From the NCBI GenBank assembly GCA_036172245.1, contig JAYWIR010000002.1, positions 5,828,001-5,892,000 of the forward strand: DNA of 64,000 nucleotides. Reading direction: 5' to 3'. Position numbers and translations under genes: made by a program. Positions 37,051-51,049 of this stretch are shown here, one piece after another (within the stretch, counting starts at the first letter, position 1; each line of letters starts with the position of its first letter). The notes beneath the pieces are model-generated. The model made no database searches and had not been told where the DNA came from. It saw only the letters and a list, made by a program, of their open reading frames with translations. This DNA comes from Raillietiella orientalis (lineage: Eukaryota).

Positions 37051-40000
37051 AGGGGTCCGGATTTGTTTGTTTGGGATGACGCATTTGTCGAGGCGACTTC
37101 TTTATTAGCCAAGCGGTTTGCAATCCAGGCGCACTCTTTCTTTGCTTCTTGCTCTTGCGTGCTGCATTGGTCGCCAACGCCTCTCGCAGCTTTCCTTTTT
37201 TTTCCGTAGTCATCGATGGTGACTTTCTATCAGCTGCCACCCCGTTTTAGTGCCTCCACCCTAATTATTTGTTTACCTCTCTGGAATGCCCGGGCGTGAT
37301 TCGCACAGCGTCGGTGAATCTCTTTCACAAAGATGGGAACGTTTTCTACTACTTGCGTGATGTGAGCGTCGCTTCAAGCAATGTCTCCACTCCAAGCAAT
37401 GGCCGCGGTCCACACTGCTGAGATGGACATTTCGCTCCAGTTTTCCCCCTAGATGCGCGGGAGGTGGACGTTCCACGTTTCGTCGCTGTGGCGCATCGGA
37501 ACCTGCTCTCTGGCAACTGCAAAGCGTAATTTTCCAGGACTGACTTTTTGCTTCCAACGGTTTCAACAAGCTGCACTTTCTCCGTGTCTCTTTGCAGTGC
37601 TGCTTGTCTTCACAGATGCCCACTTCCGTCAGTGAAGATGCTTTCGGCATTGGCACTCATGGAAAAGTGTTTCTTAAGGTGTCCGGTCTTCGCGAGATAC
37701 GTGATTCCTCAATACTGGGCGGGAGACGAATTTCAATAGAAGAGAATGTTCTTGTTGCTTCTCACGGACTCAGTGCAAATTCATTACTCACTTCTTGTTG
37801 CCCCTTCAACTAACTAACGGCAATTTTTCAACAACCGCTGCGTCCTTGCTCATCAGGATCCATCCATGGAAGAACAGGGTGGCTTCGTTGCTGCAGGCAT
37901 TTTCCAAGCACGGCAAATGAGCCATCCAAGCCCAGCATGGAACGAAACGGATTCGCGAACATTCACGAACATTCCCAGGATAGCACACGTCACTAATGTC
38001 CTTGAGTCTGATGATCAGTCGGTTAGATTCAGGTAGTACTTTAGAGTGGCTGTGGAAAAGGACGCTTGACGAAGCAAACACCGTTATGCCTCGGGTGTCA
38101 CAGAGACACTGCGAGCAGGTTGTACATGGGAATTCCACAAAATGGATTCGAGCTGCAGCAAGCAGCTAATAGGACACGAATTATTGGTGACATCCCTTGT
38201 AAAGCGGTTCAGAGGTTCACTGACACCTTAATCATCGGTCACAGGAATAACAACGCTGCAGCAGAATCATCCAATTGATTGAAAAAATTGAAAAGCAGAC
38301 AGTCGATTACATTACAGTAAATTAAGAGGGATGATGCTTTTTTTCTGACCATTGAAGCACCGCTGAGAAATCCTCTCAGTGCACTCAGCTAAATACTTAT
38401 TTCTTCCCAAGTGTCCTTTTCTGCCATTGGCTACTGCTTTGTTTTCCATTGCTCCTAAAGAAATGAAGAGCTCTCTTCCCATTCCACGATTTCCTTATTT
38501 TTCGAAGAACCTTCGGATTTATCTCAAGAGGAGCTATCAAACAACCTCGATTCATACCCGTGTGCTCGTGCTTTTTCGTCCACAACTCGAGAGGTCATCA
38601 TTAATTTTCAAACCTGATTTGCTTCCATTAAGATTTTTGATTTACTTGCATCCGCAGCAGACGAGGTGGCGAAGTGGCTCACGAGGAAATCAGTTTTGCT
38701 GCCGCTGAAATAATCTCAGCCTGACAGCAAGTAACTTACGGTGTTTGCTCTCAGCTGCAAGAAGAATCACTTCGGACGGCAAAGCAAATAATTTTTTGTG
38801 CTGTCGTGCACGGCGTGTGCGGCTGTCTGCAATTCCTTCTTCATTGGGCTGGTGCCTTGGGTTCGCTCAGATATTTATGTGAGACTCTCAAAGTGATGCA
38901 ACATTTAATAGAGACCCTTTGCGCCTATGGATCTTTCGAATGTCAAAGCTCTGAGAGCTGCTGACGATGCTAATGGAAATGTTTCTTCTCTTCTGCAAGA
39001 ATGCGTCGATTTGTGTCTCCTTTTTTTTCCACAGGAGAAACAAGGGAAGAAAATCAATCAAACTGATCAGCGAAATCAGAATTAAAACACCCTGAGTGAT
39101 TATTTAGGTACACCCTAATGTTCTTTAGGTGAACTGCCAGCTGATTGTTCCCACATGCCCTGTTGTGGAATTGACCCGGAGGTGTAAATAAAACATGTGG
39201 AAGTTTCAAAACACATTGTATGTAATCGCATTTTTGCACCTCGCTGCCTGCACACTTTCCAAAGAAATCCTGTGGTTGTTCTTTAAGGATAATTTGATGC
39301 GTTAATCTTAGTCAGAGAATACCGAATAAGATAGCCCTGCCAATTAGGTGTTCTGTGTCCAAAAATTACATTGCGCTGAAAACACTCAACCAAACTAATT
39401 ATAGCACTGTTGTGGTGGTCGGCTCTATTTTTCGCTTGGAGCAAAATTCATCCAGAACCTCTCCTTCATCCTATGTGGGAGCAGAGGCACTTTCTAGATG
39501 TCCACTGAGTGTAATTAAAAAAGCAGCAACCATCTCGAGCACGTGTAAAGCGCTTCCTCTACCGGAAAACTTGACAGTTGCTCGACATCGGCATAGATGG
39601 TAGGCGTTACGCTTCCTCGACGAGATCCTGGAGAATCTCTTCAAAGCAAGAGGGATGCAGCAGCGTTCGAGAATTCAGTGCGAAAGTCATTTTTCCCGAG
39701 AAAATTCCCCGCCAGAATTCCCAAGATTTTTTGTGCGCTAGGGTGTGATGGAAGAATGAAGATGACTCGAGAGAACCTTGAGGCTCCGATTCACTTGAGC
39801 AAACAGATGGGCTCACTAGCAGAATTAAAGAAAAGCTGATGCTCAGGGAAAAAAAGATGGGATTTTCTAAAAACACTAAACTGTCAAGTGTAATTTTGCG
39901 TAGCCAATGCTGAGCTGCCGGCAATCTCAAACACCATTTTGTGTTTTACATGCTGGTCGTTAATGGTTCGCTCATTTATCTTTAAGGTCTGAGCGAGGCA

Positions 40001-40399
40001 ATGCCCGTTGATTTGCTTTTGTTTCCGGTGAACCCGGAAGAAAAACTAGCGGGTTGGGATAGAAGGAGTTTGCATTTCACCGTTCAAAAACTCGTTATTG
40101 TGTAGTTAACAAAATATCATGGAGGAAGCGCGCGTTCCCAAAATCAAGTACCGGTAAACTGCAAGCCTTCATTCCACTTCCGAGAGACCAATAATGTTGT
40201 CATCCTCATTAGTCTCCCTTCTTAGTCATCTTGGAACTTTTCCCTTTTTTTGTGATAGGTTTTGCAAAATTCATTCTTTTCCGAAGACGAACCCGCCTTT
40301 CGTGCGATCCATTCACTCTTCCTGCGGCTTCCAGAAATTTGTGAAACTTCCAGGAAGGACAAATCAATAGGCAGTTTAAATAGAATGGTTCCCTGATCA

Positions 40400-41260
40400 C
40401 ATGATGGATTTTTTGTTTGAAAGACAATCTGTGAGATGATTTCGGTGGATAATTTCCACGACGAATCACGGGACTTTCTCATGAGAGGGCATCCATCATC
40501 ACAAGACTTGAGCTTGAAGAGCCGTTCAGTGGTGGGATTCCTCAAGAACACGGTAAGTTTGTTGGCAGTCCGTAGGAAGCTGCAGTTGAATGTGCATCAT
40601 TTTGGAGCTTTGGCCGATACCCAGAATGCCCGAGTACCACCCCGTGGTGGCTACCCAGAATGCCTTTTGCAAGAGGCACGCAACAAACGAAATACAGTTC
40701 CTTCTGTGAGAACTCTTTAGGAGAATTCAGAAAACATGGAGACTGTAGTGGTACAAGAGCTCTTGAAGTGCAAAGAATCCTCGTACCATAAATTCTTAGG
40801 AAGAACCCAAATGATCCCATGTGGTGAAGTCACCATCATCTATAACGATCTTCTGCCAACGAAGACCCTATTCGCACTCGTACTGTCGGAATTAAACTGG
40901 CTCATGTCCCCCACAAAATGTTTCGCACATTGACACAAGTGCGATGGTTCATCAGTTTGGATAGTGCGCTCAGTCAACTCTTGAAACTGATGTCTTTGTC
41001 ATGCATACACTCACGAGCTTTGGATCCGGGAAGGGGGGGGACAATACTTCCTCGAGCCCCCTCCGTTCGAGAGTAAAGGAATTTTTCAAGGAATTTGCAA
41101 CCATATAGCTGTGTCTGCGGATCAGTCTTCTTTGCTGATGTAGGTTCTCCAGAGACTTAGAGCTTTGAATGGTCATATAAGAGAGTAGGACCGAAGCAAT
41201 CCTTCTATTTGATATATCCTCCCGTACACCTTTGGATCACTTTGGATGGAACAGACCGCA
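40400..41260 (-). pseudogene. Possible viral glycoprotein fragment
   Basis: Cys-rich broken frames: DCFGPT, VSVCMTKTSVS, MCETFCG, SSCTTT, KSCDDGCP. No decisive motif. Confidence 0.3.
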
Positions 41261-41699
41261 AAGCATAGCAAACGGACTAGAGATTGTCGATGATTAAACG
41301 GGCGGGAAATCAGTAATGGATGTAGTTGGCAGAAGCATATTGGATTCATCATCCTCACGATAAAGTGAAGTCCATACTGACGATGCGTGGGAGTTGGTAG
41401 ATGGGACACTAGCAGGTCCCCATCTGATTGAAGATGGGCACGCGGAAAGGCAGCTATTTGCGCCACAGCTGGCTGCGCGGAGGTAAATCTACTTTTTTCA
41501 AAAGTGAGAAGAAAGCGATGTTGATGGTGCAGTGATATTAACTTCAAATCAACTTTTGGCATTCAATTTCCAATTGAGACGAATTTACGGAGTTGAAGTT
41601 CGACTTCCTGCATTCGGGGATTCAGCAACATAGATCAAAGTTAAACATAGGTAAGATAAATGAGATACATCGTCACATGGAAAGTCTCCGTTGCGCTCC

Positions 41700-42100
41700 G
41701 TGAGGAATCTAGAACTCTAGAGCATCTTCTGGAAAACAGCTGTGGACTCTGAGGTACGCTTTGAGTTTTGGTAACCTAACGTTGCTGACGCCCATAATTA
41801 CCTGTTAGCACTGGAAAGTTAGGCGTGACAACTTTATGCTGATGATTTCATTTGTACTGTCACTAAATAAATTTCCATCTGATAATGTGAAACCGAACTG
41901 CCGCTAAGTAAAGCAGGCTGCTATGAATACAACCCAAGGCCAAGGACTTTCAGTTTTCCCAATCCCATGGTGAACAACATGGAGATGGAAAGCAGTTTTG
42001 AATAGGGAACGGATTGGGCTACTTCTTAGGTTCAGAATTTCAAGGTTAGACCTTTTAGCATGCTTTCTGGTCGCTCGTCAATGTGCATCGAGAAGCAATC
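41700..42100 (+). mobile_element. Non-LTR reverse transcriptase fragment
   Basis: QLYADDF at 41829-41849, preceded by a GL*G/LS remnant (G-x-R-Q-G-x-x-L-S-like, ~41745-41766) and followed by GYFLGS (~42016-42033). Confidence 0.45.
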
Positions 42101-45100
42101 GTCCCCCAGAGATAATTAATTACGGAAAGGAAAGAACAGTCCTTTCCGCACTGTTCTGATGATGCTGACTGTTTTTATTGTGCCCAACACGACGAACACT
42201 AACTGAGAAATCATCGACACCAGGAAGAAATCTGTGCGAATGAATCATGGCTTCTCTTTAAACAACGCCAACTGATCTGAATGAATTTCCATGCATCACT
42301 AATTCAAAGAGGAGCCGGTATTGCAATGAAAGTGGTTTTTCTTGGCTACGGTTCCCTCTTCACTCCTAGATTGCTTCTGCTTTGCTGTCCCATGCCATTC
42401 AAAAAATCAGCAACCGTGAAAACAATTTAACTCACGTCAGAAGTACGAAATCAGCCTGCCATTCCGCTGCAACGTTCCATCCTGGTACGCTTTCCTGATT
42501 TTCGAAGTAAATTCGTCTTCGAGATGATGCTCGAGGAGCGGGAAACTCAGTCCACCATGAGCCCGTGGTGAAATAATCATTGCTCACATTCTTCACGCTT
42601 CGATGCAGTCAGTAGTCGCAGTTTCAGCTCGAGGAAATTCGACTCAAGCAAGGAACTATGGGCTCTTGAAGATCTTTGATGCAACCTGGTGATAAATTCA
42701 ATGCGGTGAACCTTTGATTCCTTCCCAAGTCAGCTGCTTCCAGAGAATCTGTGGTTTTCTTCAGAGGTATTCTGGCTCGGGTTCATTTTAGGAGCCTGGA
42801 GAAACCGAGCTGGAGCGCTTGTTGCGGAAATCCGTCCGCATTTTTTCTCCCTGATTTCCAAAACTCTAAGGTCTGCGAGTTCTTCCTGAAATATCCGACT
42901 CATTAAAAGGGAAAAGAAAGAAGAAAGATTCGCCAAAGTTTCGCATCGAAAGAACTTTTTGGAATCTTTTCCAAAGGAGAAATGCTGGAATGCTGTTTCG
43001 TTCGCTTTGGGACTTTCAGACAGCTGGATGCATCCCAGGGCATGGTGCTCCGGCCGGCATGATGAGTTTTCTGAGGCTGCATGCAGATACAGACGAGGCA
43101 GACTCCAAATTGATTTCCGGCTCTGCCTCTTCCGAAGCTGAGCTCTGCTTTTAAGAGCGACGTCACTCACCCCTAATGCATACTCTGACTATCGGGTCGT
43201 GGCTGCAGAGGACAAGCAGAATCAATTTTCGGCCCAACAAGCAAAAAAAAAATAAACTCAAAACCACTCTCGAAATGGATGCGGAACCCAGATTTTTGGG
43301 GTTGATTTTCCTTTTTCTTTTTGTCTGGTGTCGCAAGTCAAGGAAAGTACTATAAATGGTGAAGACGTCTTTGTGTTGGTGACGTCTTTGCCTCCGGTCA
43401 GGGAGACGCTGACGTCGAAGTGAGAATGCACGGAGAGTGAGGATTCGTGAAATTGAAGCGACGAACTGCTTCTTACCATCAATCGGCTCATTTTCGCTGA
43501 GATTCGGAAGATACCGCAACCTCGAGACGATGATGCACCACTTTGGCAGGAAGAGATGACAACCCTAGTAGATTCATGAGTCCTTCGAAGCTTGCTTACT
43601 GTTTCAGGGAAAGGATCTTCCCCTGCAGACCTTGCATGGCAGACCTTCCCTTCCTCCACTAGCGTTTCGTAATCTTGTTCTAAATAAGAAATGAAGAATC
43701 ACGGAGGAAAATTCAGAAGATAATAGTATTCATGGGCTTCTCTTTTACAGCAAATGCTCAGAGCTGGGAAACCCACGTGCTGATGGAAAATCAAGAGACT
43801 GGTTAGAAATGCAAGAATGCAGCCCACGAATGCTACATTAGAGTTTGTTTGGCTTCAAGGAGAATTCGCTTCCTCATGGATAGTTTTCTGCCAAGAATTT
43901 TCTCTTCGAACTTCAGATCTTCAAAAATCTTCAGCCACATGAAACCGTTCGTCAAGCCCATGGACTCGGAAGACTATGGTATTCCAAACGAATGACAGAA
44001 CTGTGGGGCTTCCAAGCTTGCATCCAGATATTGCCGAAGAGTCCTCGGGTTGCCGTATCTCAACTGCTGTTCCCATGGTGGCAGCACGAAAAGCTGATCT
44101 GAGAGAGAAAGGAAAAAAAGTGGAAACGAAAACCATGCCAAGTGTGGATTCTTTGTGTCGAATTCTTCGGTCAGAACTGCAAATCGAACCGGAATTTCCC
44201 TTTTCAAGCCGGAACTCAGGCTACTCGAGCAGTTCGTCTTGGATGGAGCGTGGATAGAGTGTTCCCGGCGGCTGCTCAAGGGCCTGCCAGTTAGTTCCAA
44301 GAAGCGAGGAAGAAGCTCATCTCGGGCCGCGCACAATCGAGGGCAACCGAAATTCTTTCTAAAAAAAAGAAAAGGAAAGCAAACTCTCGCAACAGACGCA
44401 CGAAAGAGAACGCACATGCACTCGGTTTCAATGAGATGGTCAGAAACATGAAAACCCGGGCCAGTTTGCCCTTTTTGGGTTTGCCATTGCACGCCGATGG
44501 GAGGAAGAGCGAAGATCTAAAGAATATGCAGGCGAATAGGAGAAGTGACGATATTACTGTCTGAACGAAAGGAGCACTCTGTGGTGGAGCGAGTGGAAAA
44601 TAGGGAGAAGGAATAACGGAGCATATGGAAGTTGACTTGATTTCCAATCCAAGTGAGATTACGAATCAGTTATTGGTAGATGGCATGATTTGTGAAGAAA
44701 AGTGTTGATGGGAGTAAAAAAGAAGAGGTTCAAAGAGACGAACCATAAATGGATCGTGGGCTCATCAGCTTTGTTTAGCATATCTTTGGTTCAGGAATGG
44801 TATTGAGCACACTGTCTTCTTGGATGCTCAGGAAGCGTTCCGCCGTTCGCAGAATTTGTGCTGCTGATCGTGAGGAAAAGCTGAGGATTTCTCCTCCTCG
44901 GAATCCAAATAGGTCACCATCCTCACGGATGCCGCAGCACCGATCATAGGCGGTCATCGCAGCCTCTTTCATGCCTCACGGGTAAACTCTGTCTCTCCAC
45001 GAGTTTGTCTATCTCTGCGAGCAAGGTGACGACGGACGTGTCGGTTGCTATCGTTCCAGCCAAACGCCCTTCTTCTCTTGGTTTTAGGCGGGCGGAACTC

Positions 45101-45499
45101 TCTCCACCTTCCCTGCTTCTCAGTGCTTCCCTCTTTCGGATCCAATTTCGATCACTCGGGAGAGTCAGTGCGCTAGGCAGATCTCCGATAGCCGATTACG
45201 ACAATTCTGGACCCTTGCGATGCGATTTTCACCAGCAGCACTCTGTTCTGTTCTGTTACTGCTCTGTTTTCAGTTCGTTCATTCATCTGTGCTGTCACGA
45301 GAATGCGGGGTTGTTAGACCCGGAAGCACGCGGTAAGAGCCTGTAATTCCTCGCCAATGTTGTCAGACGTTCCGGGCTGAAAGGAGTTTTTTGTGTCATG
45401 GGAACATCGAGATGTAAATGAAGACGGATGGACTCTAATCTGATTGCAAGGTGGCGCAAGAATTGTATTTGCACATTCCTGACTACTGAGGTCCTTGCG

Positions 45500-46590
45500 C
45501 TGTTCCTTGGCTTCCAAGAGAGAGCTTCCCTGCCATTATTACGTTAGGAAACCAGCAAAAACTTCTGAAGATTCATCGGAAATGAATGGAAATTAATTTT
45601 TAATAGAAGAGAGAAGCTCAGGGCACCATCTTGAGTGCTGCTTAAGGACCTGCATGGAGAACACATCTCTTATTTTACATTCATCCACTGTTTTTTCAGA
45701 CATGTGTGACGCGCCTTTGATTTCATCATCGGAAAACCTGGAGCTTTCGAGAGCGGAAGCACGTCGTTGCCTGTGATCATGCTGATCACTCTCTTCCCGT
45801 TGTTTCGTCGGTTTCGTAGTCATGTGGGATAAAAAAAGCATGGGCCATCGACGGTCTTTAAGGAAGTTTTTCGAAAGTGCCGATGATAAACCAGGATACG
45901 CACCTTGGATGGACTTCCAGCGGCGGGGAACACTTCGCTGGTGACTGCCAACGGCACCACTCGCGTCTTCGAATGTTTCCTCAAGCCTAAGATTCACTTA
46001 GTATTTTGCGCGAAGATATCCAGCAAGTGCGTGGTTACAGCTGCAACTTGTCCATGGGAAAACCAAGCGCAAGTTGTAACTATTTGCACATTGCGGCTGG
46101 TTTCTACCAAGCGACGGAAATCGCAAGGGATCCGTCTTCGCCAAGTTCTTCACCCGAGATGAGACCCCAGTCTGCCTGCCAAGTTCCAAGTCAGTTTCCG
46201 AGTCTGACGGATAGTTTGAATCATCGTATGGATGTGCGTCCTGCCGTTTTCCTCCCAAGGTCCTATCACTTTGAGGATTTCGTCGCGCGAAACCAAAGAT
46301 CAGTAAATAAGCTGCGCAAGCACAAATAGTTGAACGGGGTGCCGGGTACCATCAAACTGGTACTTGGCGACGTCGTCTTCATCTTCCTTCACGACGTGTG
46401 TAGACGTGGGAAACTTGCAACTCCAAGATGCTTGGCACACAAAGCCCTTGATGCGGTTCCGTGTGCCATCAGCAGCATCGAATTCCCTGAGTCTCGCACT
46501 TTCTTACTCCTGCACATCTCCACCTTAGATGCAACTAAAACATCAGGCTGGAAAACGGATCTGATGCATCCAGGATTTTCCATTGGCATA
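45500..46590 (-). pseudogene. Nucleoprotein-like viral fragment
   Basis: YNLRLVFPW...LAGYLRAKY (45998..46258), followed by SIQGAYPGLSSAL (45593..45997), resembling the R-L-x-F/Y...Y-P-x-L-x-S-x-A core of mononegaviral N. Confidence 0.42.
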
Positions 46591-47179
46591 AACTAATGGT
46601 AAGCCGAGTTTTGTGTGTTCTCAAGCAAACCATTTAAAGCAGTGCAATTTAAGCCGGACGTGTAAGGAATCTCATGACGTGGTAAGCGGTATCCGAACCG
46701 CTCATCAGAGTATCATAAAGCCCACTAATTTGAAACAGCGAGCAGCAATCCCACATATCTTTCATCTGTGCTGTATGAAATTTCGTGTCTGGCAATCAAA
46801 TCTCTGGAGCACCAGGCAACGCAAGGACCAAGTTCAACTCTGCAATTTCCTCATGCGTCACTGGTAGCTGTCGATCATTCAGTCCACGAATGCCGGGCTT
46901 TTGCTTTGCCAAGAAGTTTTCTGGCCTGATCTCTCCGAAGCGAGCCAACGTTTAGAAATCTTACCGGCGGTCAGGGATTCACGGGAAAATCCTCCTTTCT
47001 TAACTACCTTCTTCCTTAAACCACGTGAAACACGCCTTTGCAAATTCGCGAGAAAATCACAAGTGCCAAGCATCACTTTCGTGACTTTGAAGTCCTTTCT
47101 TGGATCACGTTGCACGTGCCTAGTAGGGCCCGCAGTCTGGTTCCATAACGCACCGGAGAAAAAAAAAAAAAATTCCTCA

Positions 47180-47760
47180 GCCCTGGAAGTGCTAAGGAAG
47201 AACTATTTGAATTTCAAGATTAATAAAGATTCGGAACAGGGGATCCAGTGCACTGTTGATCTTTCGTTGGTTGATATAGATGGTTCGTTCTTTACACTGA
47301 GAATTCACATGGCGGCTAAGTAGTTGCCCAGGAAGTAGGGAATAAATTTTGGAAAGACGAAATAATTAAAAAGCTTATCCTCCTTTTTCGAGGTTTACTA
47401 ATGACGGTGTTTACGGCCTGTCTCTAAATACAGTTATTAGTGAGTGAATATTACGATTACACTGAAAACTGAATTCGAATACCTGTACAAAGAATTTGAA
47501 GGTTTCCTAGCTGGAAACCGTAGCAGTTGTGCTACGTGGAGGTCATGACCAGATCTTGAAGCATCTCCAGAGCGGTTTCCATGAAAACAGCAGTTAGCAA
47601 CTGACCGGCTGAATATGGTCCAAGCATCCAATTGTGTATGTTCCCGCAAACAGAGCCGATCACAAGGAAACTCACAATAGCGTGCCTATCATCTGGAAAA
47701 TGGGGATATCTTTAAGGGGACTTTAGTGGAGGTCGCAAACCAGAAGTCCAAATGTATTCC
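47180..47760 (+). pseudogene. Endogenous viral element: L conserved region I
   Basis: EYLYKEFEGFLAG (47477-47515; Y-x-x-x-K-x-x-E) and GKWGYL*GD (47695-47721; K-x-W-G-H-P-x-V-D-like). Confidence 0.45.
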
Positions 47761-49089
47761 CCAGAGAGAGAGAAAAAGAAAATATTCACGATTCCCTTGC
47801 CTTTCCCGTTTTGCGATTCGAAATCATCCCTGGTAAGACCTTTGGCGTGAGATGCGACGAATGAGCAAGGGCCCAGTGGTCACGCGACCGAGGAAAGTGT
47901 GCCCATGCTAAGGCTCCCCCCTCTAAATGGGAACCGCAGCTTGAAGAATCGCCTCCTATTCTCTTGAAATGGCACCTCTTTGACCTCTGTGCTGGAGCCA
48001 CCGCCGGCATACAGCATGTGCGATGATGTGCTTCCGTGTATTCCAGTCCATCGCTCAGTACACTCGCTTGTGTATCGCGGGATGTGATGGAAAGCGACTC
48101 AGCTTCTCTGCGCAAGGATTTGAACGTTCTCCGGAACAACCGCCATGCACATTCCAGAAATGGTTCCGTTCTGCTTTTAACCCTTCTCAGGGAGGTGACG
48201 CACCGATGATCAGCAACATCCCTGCGTCTTGAAAGGTGATCCCTCTTGCAGTGATGTTCGCCTTCCCATTGACATGGGCGCCACCGAGCCACTGATTCTG
48301 GAATGCGCATCCGAAATCGCCTTGCGGCCAGCACACCGCTCGTCGTGCTCGAAACCTTGGATTCGAAAATCATCAGCATGATCCCGGAAGCTGATGCTCC
48401 CCAGAGCCGCAGCTCCTGTGGTGGCCTCGAGGCTGCCCGCGCGCACGGGTGCCTCCCGCGAGCGTGCTTTCGAGCTGGCCAGTTGAAATTCCTCCCGTTC
48501 CACACGCGGTAACTGAGAGTCCTTTAGCTGATCCTCTTGATTTAAAACAAGGGGTAGGAATTGGGGGAGGGGGAGGGGACGGGAAGATTGCTTCTCAGAG
48601 CGAATCTCCAGAGCCTCGAAGATAACAAATGTGAGAATTCCGCAGCTCGAGAAATCGAAAGATTTAGCCGAATCGAGGAAGTCCCAACCCTCTGAATCCT
48701 GGAGAACAGAAGTCTCTAGGAATTCAGGAACGAGAGTGACTACTTGAATTACTGAACGCTCAAATCACCCCCTAATCTTTCGGAAATTCGTGTCCATTTG
48801 AACCAATAGGAGGACTCAAATGCAGAGCAGACGAACAGGCTTCCCGGTTTTCGAATTTCCGAAAGATTAGCATACTCCTGCAAGGAAGTTTCCTGCTGTG
48901 GCCAGTTGACGGGATCGCAAACTTGTTTGCAACTTTCTATCCCGGAGTGGAAGTCAAATCCTCATAGCTGAACATCGGACTCACGATGCATCGGCGAGGA
49001 CAAATCGGCGGCAGGTCTCCCGCTTTTTGGGTTTGGGCCCAGGCATTATCGAAAAATGAAAATTCTTGGATTGGGATTCACGAAAAAGT

Positions 49090-49600
49090 GATGGGCCGCT
49101 CATAGGAGCAAAAGGCGCCAACGAAATGGGGATTGTTTGAAATGAATGTGGAAAAGACGTTCTTCTGGGTCAGTTCCCGACTACATGAAATGGCAGACGG
49201 TCGTGGTCTGGTGCTTTCCAGATCAGCAATCTCCAGAAAATGCGACGAAGCTCAAATCGTTCGCGCTCTGTCACCAGCGAGACTGAGGTGGTCGTCACAT
49301 CTTCTGATCGATGTCACGCATTTGCAGAAGGCGTCGGCAATCGGTCGGTGATGAAATTCCTTCGACAGAACCACTTCTTGCTCTGGCGATCTTCTCGAGT
49401 ACATCGGCGTGTACATATAGAGGAACACGTCCTGACCAAAAATGTTCCTCACATTTTCCAACATGGAGCAGAGCAAATCCTCGCAAGAAGTACCCTTCTT
49501 TGAAGAACCGAGAAACATTCAGAGGTATTGGAACCCGACACTAAAGGAGTATTTACGGAAAAAGGGAGAAAATGGGAACCTTCCCTGGGTAGATTTCAGC
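49090..49600 (-). pseudogene. Viral glycoprotein-like fragment
   Basis: KCEEHFWSG...ISSPTDCRRLL...GDC*SGKHQTTTVCHF. The Cys/Trp spacing resembles the fusion-loop region of rhabdovirus-type (class III) G proteins. Confidence 0.45.
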
Positions 49601-49799
49601 TTACAGGTATGTGAAACACGTTGGAAAGTACTCGAAGGACGATTATGTCCTATGCACGTCATCCAAAACAGGATGCTGACTAGGGTGAGCGGCTCTTTTC
49701 TGTAACTGTGCTGAGACGTTTTCCAAGGCTGGCCAATGAATATGGCTCAACAACGATGGGCGCATTTCTTTAGCAAGAGTGGGAGCTGACCTGAAAGAC

Positions 49800-51000
49800 A
49801 AAAAGATTGATGACCGATCCATAGCTTGATGAATGACGAATCAAGTGCAGCTCATCGAAGAAAATAGATAAACCTCCTCAAGTTAGATGGTTCTGTAGCA
49901 TGATCCTCTGCATTTGCACAGAAAGAACCGATGAAGCCTAGGACAAGAGGGCAGGAACGTACATGCAAAAGAACAAATTATGAACTCCTTTCCGCTGGCG
50001 GGAAGCACATGGGGTGCACGGGACTGGTGGATTCGCGACAGAAATCGGGCTGTGGCCGAAGAGATGAAACCCGGCAGTGAATTTCCGAGGTATTCAAGGT
50101 GGTCCTTCTGGTCTGTACGATATGATACTAGCAGACCAGCAACCTTTTGACTGTTCACGATTCAGATTAGCATCATTCTGAGTAGCTGGCTTAAGAAAAA
50201 GATATTGGTTACAGATCTATGGAAAGGTTTCGGTGGTGTGTATTTCAGGTTCCCCTGCAATGGAGCACCGATCTCTTCATTGTTTCAAATCTGCAGTTTG
50301 GAGGTTTTCCATGGCACTCAGACACCGGAAAGTGTAATTGTCAGTACGAGCTGGAAAGTATCCGTCCTCGAGAGCGTGTACTGAGAAAAGATGCCACTGC
50401 GTTCCTCAACTTCCATGGAAACTCGGCTTCCATGAACTTATGTAGGAAGTCATCCATACGGTTAGGTGTCCATGCGATTCACACTTAAATATCGAACATG
50501 GGTCACAGTTTGAGTTGTTTGGCTCACCTGCACGGAAAATTGAAGTTTTGGAATTTGGGAACGGCTAGCCATGGTGAGTACGGAACAGAGTATGCACCCG
50601 AAGTGCTTCCGCAATGGATTCTGGTCTATTAAGACGCAGCTACTTTTCGTTATTTTACAAAACACAATGTAAAGAATAGCTCAAGTACCCTTTAGTGCAT
50701 TGAAGGGCACATCTGATGTTTCTTCGGCTTCACTGCCGGGGAATCTTCGTGACGGAAAGCCACTTGAAGTATTCTACGGGTCTGAACTCAGGGGAGTGGG
50801 GACTCCCAACAACCTGATGGATTTATGGGTTTCGGGTTCGCCCACAGAAGTGCGCTCTGCCGAAGTCTTCTTCGTAAATGGGTACAACCTCACGGTGATC
50901 AGCAAACTTTTGAATCTGAGCAAAGACTTGCTCTTTTTCAATTATCAGATCTTCCGTGGTCTCTCGCTTCGTCGCAAAAGTTCAGCCATCCTTTAAGCTC
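49800..51000 (+). pseudogene. Endogenous viral element: L methyltransferase region
   Basis: SIKTQ (~50625-50639) and SGSPTEVRSAEVFFV (ORF 50700..50996; S-S-E-V-Y/F catalytic Glu motif). The left boundary is uncertain. Confidence 0.42.
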
Positions 51001-51049
51001 CATTCAATCAGACAGCAGTCAAATAGTGAGAGCCTGAATTCACTGCTCA

